This document shows, piece by piece, positions 1 to 7,157 of a stretch of 7,387 nucleotides of DNA (within the stretch, counting starts at the first letter, position 1; each line of letters begins with the position of its first letter). A program made the position numbers and the translations under genes. The DNA comes from Amoeboradix gromovi X-113 (lineage: Eukaryota; Fungi; Sanchytriomycota): contig JADGIF010000509.1 of assembly GCA_018985225.1 (NCBI GenBank), positions 1 to 7,387 of the forward strand. Reading direction: 5' to 3'. The notes under the pieces are model-generated. The model searched no databases. It was not told the DNA's origin and was given only the letters and a program-made list of their open reading frames with translations.

Positions 1-2
1 CC

Positions 3-1721
3 GAAGATTGTCCAAACGTCATCAGTCTAGCGTATGGTATGAACATGCACATCCAGCAGCCAGCCACAATGTCACTTCTACTTACCAACTGCTGTGTCAG
101 TGTATCAGTCGATAACAGGGTAGAATGCTCGTTTGGTAGGGTCAAAGAGATCGTATGGAACTCAATGAATCTAAATGGGTATATTAATTCCAGTGCAATT
201 CCATCCGCTTTGGAGAACTTTGATTTATATGACCAATCATTAACGGGCCCAATGTTGAAGTCCATACCTGGTACGATTTGGCAATTTAACGTTGGCTTTA
301 GCCAGTTGACAGGAAATATTCCAAATATGCCGGGATCTCTAACAGATATAAACCTTTGTTACAACCAACTCAACGGAACAATTCCTAGTCCTTTGCCGCA
401 ATACATGACATCGCTTTACATTCCTGGTAACATGTTTACTGGATCCATTCCCAATCCGCTTCCCATAAATTTGAACAGTCTTGTAATTCATGACAACAAC
501 CTGTCAGGAGTGTTACCTGATATGCCAGCAGCAATGGTATATTTATCTCTATCATATATTTTACACAAAAATTACTTTACAGGGACTGTAAAACTGCAAG
601 CCCCAGAAAGTTTTTTTTTGCAATTCAATTACATAACAGATTTGATAATTGCAGATACCAGAAATATTGTTGACTGTGATATCTCCTATACGGCTCTAAA
701 GAACAATCCAATCGTTACAAAATTAAAAATGTGTACAAAGACAGGCTTGTACTTGCCGACCATTTCAACACTAGGTACTGTTAAAACCAGTGCAACTACT
801 TCAATTAGTCCAGCAACTACTTCAATTAGTCCAGCAACTACTTCAATTAGTCCAGCAACTACTTCAATTAGTCCAGCAACTACTTCAATTAGTGCAGAAA
901 CTACCTCAATTAGTGCAGAAACTACCTCAATTAGTGCAGAAACTACCTTAATTAGTCCAGCAACTACTTCAATTAGTGCAGAAACTACTTCAATTAGTGC
1001 AGAAACTACTCCGATTAGTCCAGCAACTACTCCGATTAGTGCAGAAACTACTTCAATTAGTGCAGAAACTACTCCGATTAGTGCAGCTAGCTCAGTATCT
1101 TTTTCGAGACCATCTACCGCTGATCAAATTGGTAGCGTGGCTAGTATCTGTGTCATAACCTCTGATGTGTTCTATCCCGGTACAACTTTTAATAGTGTAG
1201 CAGATTTAGGTATGGTAAGTGCTACTGTAGCTTCCATTGGTACCACAGAGACTTTTATATTTGGTGAAGACATAGCTTCTGCTGATATAATTGTTTCGGA
1301 AACTGATGCCTTTATCGTATCTTCTAGTGGTATCATTAGCACAGATACGGTAAGCCCTACTTTGATCAGTTCTAGTCTCTCGCAGGACACATCATCAGTA
1401 ATACAAAACATTTACTACAAATACTTAACGCGATTAGCAAATAGCAAGTCTAAATCTTTAATGAGCGTTAAGACATCATCGTCTGTTATATCCCATTTGG
1501 ATTCAAATCATAGAAACTTTTCAAAGGATGTGTACAAGTTTACTGCTATCGTTAGTTTTCCTTTTTCTTTAGACTTTAAGAGCATTGTGAGTATGACCAC
1601 TAGGCTGCTACTAAGTTGTATCATACTGAGTTTTATCATCAGTAAAACGCCATTCAAGAGAGGTGTTAGTTCTAAACTTAGAAAAAGAAACAAGACGGAA
1701 GCGACACTTGCCGATTTTTAG
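3..1721 (+). CDS. Leucine-rich-repeat cell-surface / receptor-like protein with mucin-like Ser/Thr stalk and C-terminal transmembrane helix (5'-partial)
   Basis: The frame is open from the window edge (EDCPNVISLAYG precedes the Met at 39), so the true start and any signal peptide probably lie upstream. A Cys-containing N-cap (DC...CC...C..RV) is followed by plant-type LRR units LxxNxLxGxIP (YDQSLTGPM, FSQLTGNIP, YNQLNGTIP, GNMFTGSIP, DNNLSGVLP, KNYFTGTV). Then come an S/T-rich repeat region, a hydrophobic segment LLLSCIILSFII and a basic tail KLRKRNK. Stop TAG at 1719-1721. Confidence 0.85.
   Translation, partial: EDCPNVISLAYGMNMHIQQPATMSLLLTNCCVSVSVDNRVECSFGRVKEIVWNSMNLNGYINSSAIPSALENFDLYDQSLTGPMLKSIPGTIWQFNVGFSQLTGNIPNMPGSLTDINLCYNQLNGTIPSPLPQYMTSLYIPGNMFTGSIPNPLPINLNSLVIHDNNLSGVLPDMPAAMVYLSLSYILHKNYFTGTVKLQAPESFFLQFNYITDLIIADTRNIVDCDISYTALKNNPIVTKLKMCTKTGLYLPTISTLGTVKTSATTSISPATTSISPATTSISPATTSISPATTSISAETTSISAETTSISAETTLISPATTSISAETTSISAETTPISPATTPISAETTSISAETTPISAASSVSFSRPSTADQIGSVASICVITSDVFYPGTTFNSVADLGMVSATVASIGTTETFIFGEDIASADIIVSETDAFIVSSSGIISTDTVSPTLISSSLSQDTSSVIQNIYYKYLTRLANSKSKSLMSVKTSSSVISHLDSNHRNFSKDVYKFTAIVSFPFSLDFKSIVSMTTRLLLSCIILSFIISKTPFKRGVSSKLRKRNKTEATLADF
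792..1087 (+). repeat. Coding minisatellite, 21-bp unit (7 aa), 13 full copies at 807-1079 plus partial flanks
   Basis: Units AGTCCAGCAACTACTTCAATT (SPATTSI) and AGTGCAGAAACTACTTCAATT (SAETTSI) with minor variants; in frame within the LRR gene; no spacers. Confidence 0.97.
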
Positions 1722-2243
1722 TAAATCAAATTTAAAAATTGAATCATTTGTTAAGCTGCTAGTTGGAGTTTTGCCAGTTTGCCTTAGATGAACTTGGACA
1801 TCAAATATCTGAGGTTGCTAATTGGACCTTGACTAAACTAGTTCAATGCTAGCTGTAAAGAGACACCCGCAGTTTAATACAATTGAGAATATGTAGTACC
1901 GCCTCTTACTCTTTTCAAAGTCTATGGCTACAACTTAACTAGTTAAATTCTTTACATTCTAATAATGTCTTTAAATTGCTTTGTATTGTAATTGCATTTC
2001 AGACAATTTTCTGAGTGCAGAGTTATGCTTTCTATTTAGACTCACTATGTGTGGAGATCCGGCATATTCTAGCCGAAATGATCTGAAAACTATTCTCAGA
2101 GGTGAAAAAGAAAACTCTAGCAAGAAAGCCTTATCGAGTAACAACAGTCATCTTCTGTAGATGAATGGTTTGTTCAATTAAAACTTATGACGTTTAGGTC
2201 AAGGAAGAGTAGAATCACACTAAGCTAAGTAAATATGAGTTTA

Positions 2244-2891
2244 TTATAGCAAATTAGATTCAATTTCCCAGTTATCATGAGAATAGCTATACATAGTTTG
2301 GGTCATATCTTCTTGCGAATAACATGTAGCATGCCCGACCTTCATTATTATCAAACAAAAGTTCTGCACATGAAAAGCATGGTCGTCTTCAGGCAGTTCA
2401 ATTGCAGAGTCATTTAGATGCTTATAAAACGGCTCCATGATATCTATATCACTCTCTAAATACTCTTTTCGAGCCAGAGCACCTCTAAAATCAGGTGTCG
2501 CGTTTGTCCACATATCTAACCTCTTTTTGTTCCAAAAGAATTTAGACTCGTCACCAAAAATACTAGGAGGAAAGAACCTTGTATATGTTTTTGAATCGGA
2601 TATGGCATAGACTTTTCCGCCAATGGTCCAGTTAGATGTAAAAGGTAAACTCACTTGAAATTTACCGATATGGCCATTTTTCATAGAAGTAACTACTGGG
2701 TCTCTAAGGTTAGCAGCGAACATCATGTACTGTTCGTTCTCCGGCAAGAATCCTAAAAAATGAATTGGATTCCATAAGGACTCGCCATATTTACGCTCCA
2801 CAAACATTTGAACCAACAATGGCTTTTCCATTAGTATATCAGTCCCGCAACTGAAGTGAGATTCAAAGTCTTTTTCAAAAGCGTCGTTCAT
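2244..2891 (-). CDS. Divergent pyridoxamine 5'-phosphate oxidase-like (FMN-binding split-barrel, Alr4036/Pyridox_oxase_2-like) protein
   Basis: 215-aa ORF whose motif order parallels this family: HFLGF (V.FRGF), MFAANLRDPVV (F.TD.RS.K.), WTIGG (QFRI.G), RLDMWTNATPDFR (R...W..LS...R), NFCLIIM (NF.LL.L), and a terminal Y...W..E. Several conserved basic residues appear substituted. Recognition by eye only. Confidence 0.55.
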   Translation of the reverse strand: MNDAFEKDFESHFSCGTDILMEKPLLVQMFVERKYGESLWNPIHFLGFLPENEQYMMFAANLRDPVVTSMKNGHIGKFQVSLPFTSNWTIGGKVYAISDSKTYTRFFPPSIFGDESKFFWNKKRLDMWTNATPDFRGALARKEYLESDIDIMEPFYKHLNDSAIELPEDDHAFHVQNFCLIIMKVGHATCYSQEDMTQTMYSYSHDNWEIESNLL

Positions 2892-2970
2892 ACAATTTTA
2901 TCTAGTTGGCCGCAGACGGATCTTAGTTTAATTTATTTGCAAACTTAATTTATCTCGCCAATCACGAAAC
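2892..2970. promoter_or_regulatory. Putative 79-bp bidirectional promoter region
   Basis: Only 79 bp separate the divergent ATGs at 2891 (-) and 2971 (+). It contains GCCAATCA (2957-2964, CCAAT-box-like) and two TTAATTTAT copies. Confidence 0.45.
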
Positions 2971-3288
2971 ATGTCTTCAAATTCCCTGCTTGGGAGAAAA
3001 GCACTTCTTAATGGTAATATTCAACTGGCAGAACACCATTTTTCAAAGGTCGAATCTAGCGAAATCGAATTCACGCAAGAAATACTTCATAATCGCGCAT
3101 TATTTGCCATATATTTTCGAAAATTCAGTTTAGCTCTTGAACTTATCAACCAGCTGGAGCCTAGCTTAGATCAATCGAAACTGCTGGCTTTATATCATTA
3201 TTTTAACTCCAATATATCTGCAAGTATGGAGTTTGCAGCAAGCGCTAATGATACCGAACTGCTATCCTATTTGCAGCAATTTAAATAA
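2971..3288 (+). CDS. Small TPR-like helical-repeat protein
   Basis: 105-aa ORF with TPR-like patterns LGRKALLNGNIQLAEHHFSKV and ILHNRALFAIYFRKFSLALELINQL, plus a third degenerate unit LLALYHYFNSNISASMEF; TAA stop followed by an AT-rich tract. Confidence 0.6.
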   Translation: MSSNSLLGRKALLNGNIQLAEHHFSKVESSEIEFTQEILHNRALFAIYFRKFSLALELINQLEPSLDQSKLLALYHYFNSNISASMEFAASANDTELLSYLQQFK

Positions 3289-3349
3289 ATCAGCTTAACA
3301 TACGGGACATGTTCTATGAATTATAGTCGTTGCTTTAGCAGTTCATTTA

Positions 3350-3520
3350 ACCAGAAGACTTTGTCGTTCTTCATGGATTATCTCGTAATCAGAAGTCCTT
3401 GTTTGCCCTCGCTAAAAGTCCTGATTTCCGAGAAAATCGAGAATTTCCACAGAGAAACTAGCAATACTAGATGCTCCGTTAGTGATTGCTCACGCTTTCA
3501 TTACCCTGAGGCGGGATTGA
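3350..3520 (-). ncRNA. Candidate Fanzor omegaRNA scaffold 1 (boundaries approximate), overlapping the 3' end of the Fanzor2-like ORF
   Basis: Consecutive minus-strand hairpins: CCC-gcctca-GGG (3504-3515), GTGA-GCAA-TCAC with a GNRA loop (3482-3493), CTAGT-att-GCTAG (3458-3470), TTTCT-ctgt-GGAAA (3444-3457), GATTTT-ctcg-GAAATC (3423-3438), GATTA-cgaga-TAATC (3376-3390), CCA(t)GAAGA...TCTTCTGG (3351-3376). Three stems gain G-U pairs on the minus strand only. The position matches where TnpB/Fanzor guide RNAs are encoded. Confidence 0.5.
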
Positions 3521-3835
3521 ATAAAGATGCAGATACCTGATGTATATGTTCCTTGCTGCCATGTGGTCTCTATCTATTTCCAAATGGCAGTTGGTACAAG
3601 TGTAGGTTTCTAAATTGGTTTTCTTCAGAGTACCACACCTTGTACATGTTTGACTAGTAAATGACTCATTACATTCGACCATCGTCTTTCCTCTTTGTTT
3701 ACATTTGAACTTCAAGCGCTGCTTGAATGTGTAATGGGACACTATAGCCATATTTCTTGCGACCTTGCTCGACAAGCTACTTATCATTTGACTAGTATTA
3801 AACGATGGTAACTATATAAGATCATATGTCTTTGT
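3479..3835 (-). pseudogene. 5'-truncated Fanzor2 / IS607-TnpB-like RNA-guided nuclease remnant (RuvC-II region, zinc ribbon, RuvC-III)
   Basis: Reading through TAG at 3812-3814 gives TKTYDLI*LPSFNTSQMISSLSSKVARNMAIVSHYTFKQRLKFKC...NESFTSQTCTRCG...YTCTNCHLEIDRDHMAARNIYIR. This matches the TnpB/Fanzor2 C-terminus (YD.I.LP.F, SHY.F+QRL, E.(Y/F)TS.TC..CG, C..C...DRD.N.ARNI). No RuvC-I, WED or REC coding sequence is recognisable upstream of about 3835 (in-frame TAA at 3848-3850). Confidence 0.9.
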
Positions 3836-4257
3836 ATGTTGTACCTGTTAGTTATTTCTTTAGATCTAACATATTCGGTATTACATCCATTAATCCCATT
3901 TACCATTTGCGAAAATAAAGCTATTGGAAAAATCTGGAAAAGTCATGAAATTATATAAAAATGCATACAAATTCGCGATAAATGATTTATTCAAGAAAGC
4001 AATCAAGCTGTACGCTCGAAAGTTTCCACTGAGGAGCTGAAAAAGCCCGTCATTCCTTTGAAGTGGTAAGTGGTAGCTGACCAGCTCAGTCTAGTTTATT
4101 CTGAATTATCACATGGTATTAAGATTAGCAATCACGTCTCTCAAAATAAACATTGCATTAGGTGTACAAATCGTACTCTATTGGGCTTGCGAGTATGGTC
4201 TCAGGAGGATGAAGTCACTTTCTCGTTGAGTGTACCAAACTTATTTACTTACTTACC

Positions 4258-6807
4258 TCATAATATTCCGTTTGTAATTCTTTGATATTGATCATACAAT
4301 ATGGTAAACACATTCTCTATGCTGTTGTCAATAAGATTATTTACTTGCTCCATCAACTTTTCATCAGTTAAATTAACAAAGCAGCGTTCTCTTAATCCGT
4401 CTGTAACAGGAATGTTTGTGTTTAGTTTAACACTGCTAGCTCTAGATGACGGTCTAGTAGTGCTGCTTCTAGCCGATTCCCTTTCTGTGCGGTTATCATT
4501 CAGTATTGGTGAACTAACATATCTATGATGCTCGCTATTCAAATGCATTCCTATTGGTACACTATTAGACCTTTGCAGCTCAGGGGAGAATCGGTTACTT
4601 ACCAATGGTGATTTAGCTACTTCATCAACTACATCTAGCTTACCTGTAAAGCATGGCAAGGGATTTTCTGCTGTCTCCATAATAGAAACCAAGTCGATTA
4701 ATTTGCGGTGATGCTTCTTTACCGCTTTGAATCCATTAAACATCAAACTGTTGAAATCGTTCCACAAAGTGGTCCCCATCAATTTGGATTTATTCAAGTA
4801 TTCTCTACTCGCGCTGCTCAATTTGCTATAGTCCTCCACTATATTTTCATCCATAATCAAGGTTTCCTTTTTTAGTTCTTTCGGTATTCCTCCTAGTACT
4901 TCGATATAATCAGAAGCTAATTTAAATGGCGCTTGCTCAAATCCACTACCGCCACTCATTAAGCCTCCTATTCCTCTATTTCCAGGTATCAAATTGAAAA
5001 AGAATCCAAAGTCTATATGAATCAGTTTACCAGTTGGTATATGCATTAATAAGTTGCTATTATGTCTATCTTTTATGTTAAACAACCAGGTAGCTATACT
5101 GTAAGCCACTAAACTAAACAGAAAGTTGTAATGTGGGCCGGAAATTGATTTTCCATACAAATCCTGAAACCCTTGTTTGAAGCTACCGTGTTGCTGGGTT
5201 ATCTTATGAATGGATATGGTATCCACGCATAATTCAATCATACCGTGTTGCCTATTATTACCAAATGACTCCAAATCATCGTCAAATAGATCTGGGTGTT
5301 GATTTAACCAAATTGGGACTTTAGCTTTCCCACTTGCACACAATATCTCATATATAGTCAGACCGCTAGCCAACCCACCTTTCAATAAAGTGTCACCAAC
5401 ATGTTCTTGCCTAAAGATATCTTGCAAGCATTTTAATAGTTGCAGTGCGAACTTCTCAATCCGTAAGTCGCCCGGTTTGTGAAGCATCGGGATTATATGA
5501 AATGATGATATGTGGCTATAAGGGGATGGTATATGATGTAAATGAGATTTGAACTGGGAAGTCTTTTTTTTATTTTTTACTTTGAAGTCACTGAGATCAT
5601 CGGATTCATTAAGATTAATAAACTCCAATCTTTTGTTCCAATCTGTCTTCCACTGATATATAGTTTTGCTTAAATTGTCCATTATTTTAGACTGATGACT
5701 TTGCTGCGATTCACGATATAAATGAGTAGCTGTTTTGACAAGTGAAAGAATATCCTGAGACGATTGCAACTTTTCCTCTCTGTTCTTTAATGCGTTGTTA
5801 ATTTCATGGTAGAGATCTAAATCAATCAAATCGATGCACTCGTAATACACGACATAAGGCTTCTCATGGGCACTGGACATAAATTCATTCGAAGGAGAGC
5901 AGTTTATTATCACATATATAGAAGCCTCGGATGGTGCGTTGTGATTGTAGTACTCCAAGAACGACAAATGGGTGTTCACATGAAAAGGGCTGCTTAAACA
6001 CTGAAATTCAAGACTCTGTTGTAAAAAATACAACTGCATATCCACGACATCTATCATTGATGGAATATTAGAAAAATAAGCCAAGGAATTGTAAATTGAG
6101 TCAGTAAATTGTAAACAGTAATGTAAGAATTTATATTTCGACTTATTCACAGAATTCGGGTCCTGTTGGGTATTATCAAGAGCCAGCTTGTACTTTTGTT
6201 CCAGCTTATGGTATTGAAGTGGGATAAACTGCTTATTTTCCAGTAGCTTTGGGAAATTGAAATGGGATTGGATATTTAGTGGAGCCAGCATCATGAATGG
6301 CATACAACAGTATATATTGATGGATTCATGGCAGCTAGGGTTTGGATATAGATGAGTATTTAACAACAAGGCGACATTGGAATGGAGCTCATAAACAGGA
6401 AATATTTGCAACATTTCAGTCCATGATATGTTTTCAAACCTCGAATACTGCGATTCTTTAATACAAAACAATTTAAGAATAGACTTGTATATTATCTGAT
6501 CAAACGAGACCGGAATCAAAGTCAGCTGTAGACTAAACAATTCTAACTTCTCCAATGTGATTGAATCAAACTCTTTTGAATTTTGAATCTCTAATCTTTT
6601 GTTCAGCAGATCTACTAGAATTGGTGACGGATTCTTGTTAATTTGGTATAAGAATATATTCACATCCGCTACCTCCAATAGCTTCAGCAGGGAATGGTTC
6701 TGTTTCATGCAAAATTTATGATTGGTGATTTCTGACAGATATGGGAGAATTGCCGCAACTATAATTCCGGGATGCTCCCTGCGAGATTGTATCATAAAGC
6801 AGCCCAT
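4258..6807 (-). CDS. PIK1: Phosphatidylinositol 4-kinase type III beta (Pik1-like)
   Basis: 849-aa intronless ORF with PI3/PI4-kinase motifs KPGDLRIE (K.GDDLRQE), GMIE...TISIH, SLVAYSIATWLFNIKDRHNSNLL, IHIDFGF, FEQAPFKL, LPCF, and the Pik1/PI4KB-type C-terminus YDQYQRITNGIL. The size fits Pik1 rather than Stt4. The exact start codon is uncertain. Confidence 0.9.
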   Translation of the reverse strand: MGCFMIQSRREHPGIIVAAILPYLSEITNHKFCMKQNHSLLKLLEVADVNIFLYQINKNPSPILVDLLNKRLEIQNSKEFDSITLEKLELFSLQLTLIPVSFDQIIYKSILKLFCIKESQYSRFENISWTEMLQIFPVYELHSNVALLLNTHLYPNPSCHESINIYCCMPFMMLAPLNIQSHFNFPKLLENKQFIPLQYHKLEQKYKLALDNTQQDPNSVNKSKYKFLHYCLQFTDSIYNSLAYFSNIPSMIDVVDMQLYFLQQSLEFQCLSSPFHVNTHLSFLEYYNHNAPSEASIYVIINCSPSNEFMSSAHEKPYVVYYECIDLIDLDLYHEINNALKNREEKLQSSQDILSLVKTATHLYRESQQSHQSKIMDNLSKTIYQWKTDWNKRLEFINLNESDDLSDFKVKNKKKTSQFKSHLHHIPSPYSHISSFHIIPMLHKPGDLRIEKFALQLLKCLQDIFRQEHVGDTLLKGGLASGLTIYEILCASGKAKVPIWLNQHPDLFDDDLESFGNNRQHGMIELCVDTISIHKITQQHGSFKQGFQDLYGKSISGPHYNFLFSLVAYSIATWLFNIKDRHNSNLLMHIPTGKLIHIDFGFFFNLIPGNRGIGGLMSGGSGFEQAPFKLASDYIEVLGGIPKELKKETLIMDENIVEDYSKLSSASREYLNKSKLMGTTLWNDFNSLMFNGFKAVKKHHRKLIDLVSIMETAENPLPCFTGKLDVVDEVAKSPLVSNRFSPELQRSNSVPIGMHLNSEHHRYVSSPILNDNRTERESARSSTTRPSSRASSVKLNTNIPVTDGLRERCFVNLTDEKLMEQVNNLIDNSIENVFTILYDQYQRITNGIL

Positions 6808-6973
6808 TCAGACTCTTTGCTGCCAAGTAATCTTTCATGGTAGTCAAATAACAACGCTAGAAATTGTTATATTGACAGTCACCTTGTTGCATCCATATCG
6901 ATCATGTTAACGTAATGCTGAATACTAGATATAACGAGCGTATAGTAGATAAGAATTATGTATATTTAAGTAT

Positions 6974-7139
6974 AATACTTTCGCCATTGCATAATTGAAT
7001 AAATGGAATTCAATAAACACTGTTAAATGCTAACAATGCGAGCCTCCGGATCATAGCTTTGGCCACATCCGGAGTATCTGTCTCATTTGCATGACATATG
7101 TTTCTACGAATCACAGATCTTCACTTGGATGATAAAGTG
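6974..7139 (-). ncRNA. Candidate Fanzor omegaRNA scaffold 2 (highly structured RNA directly downstream of the second Fanzor-like ORF)
   Basis: Minus-strand hairpins in series: CACTT/AAGTG (7122-7139), TCTGTG-att-CGTAGA (7103-7117), TCAT-GCAA-ATGA GNRA hairpin (within 7079-7096), CTCCGGAT-GTGGC-caaa-GCTAT-g-ATCCGGAG (7044-7074), GCATTGTTAG-cat-TTAACAGTGT (7017-7039), ATTGAAT/ATTCAAT (6994-7014), AAT(g)GC-GAAA-GTATT (6974-6988). The G-U pairs form on the minus strand only. Confidence 0.55.
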
Positions 7140-7157
7140 GGACACCAAATATAAAAA

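Noticed and set aside
792-1087. CRISPR-like array
   Set aside because: Units are directly adjacent with no unique spacers and are in frame in a coding sequence; it is a minisatellite.
976-1158. 60-aa Leu/Gln heptad ORF (VQKLLQL repeats)
   Set aside because: Alternative-frame by-product of the 21-bp repeat; no independent evidence.
1172-1693. Antisense ORFs 1172-1411 and 1508-1693
   Set aside because: Shadows of the LRR gene with no recognisable motifs.
3474-3530. HDV-like ribozyme fold in candidate RNA 1
   Set aside because: P3/P4-like hairpins and a CTAA are present, but no P2 pairing or proper L3 consensus could be built.
3316-3540. 74-aa plus-strand ORF, or read-through extension of the TPR-like gene
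   Set aside because: No motifs; it is antisense to the Fanzor tail and candidate RNA, which explain the region better.
3812-3814. TAG as evidence of a reassigned genetic code (TAA/TAG = Gln)
   Set aside because: The long ORFs contain no internal TAA/TAG and end at TAG, TAA and TGA at sensible positions. The family has a hydrophobic residue here, so a TTG-to-TAG type mutation is more likely.
3945-4040. 31-aa basic ORF MKLYKNAYKFAINDLFKKAIKLYARKFPLRS
   Set aside because: Too short, with no recognisable homology.
4070-4528. Plus-strand ORFs 4070-4285 and 4301-4528; U1-like TACTTACCT and U3-like GAGGATGA...TTTCTC.TTGAG motifs
   Set aside because: The ORFs lack motifs and overlap PI4K antisense. 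The U1-like match runs straight into PI4K coding sequence, and U3 boxes A, C and D are not found.
6722-6910. 62-aa plus-strand ORF
   Set aside because: Antisense overlap with the PI4K start; no motifs.
7044-7074. Bacterial intrinsic terminator
   Set aside because: Eukaryotic context, no U-tract after the stem, and it is one of a series of hairpins better explained as a structured RNA.
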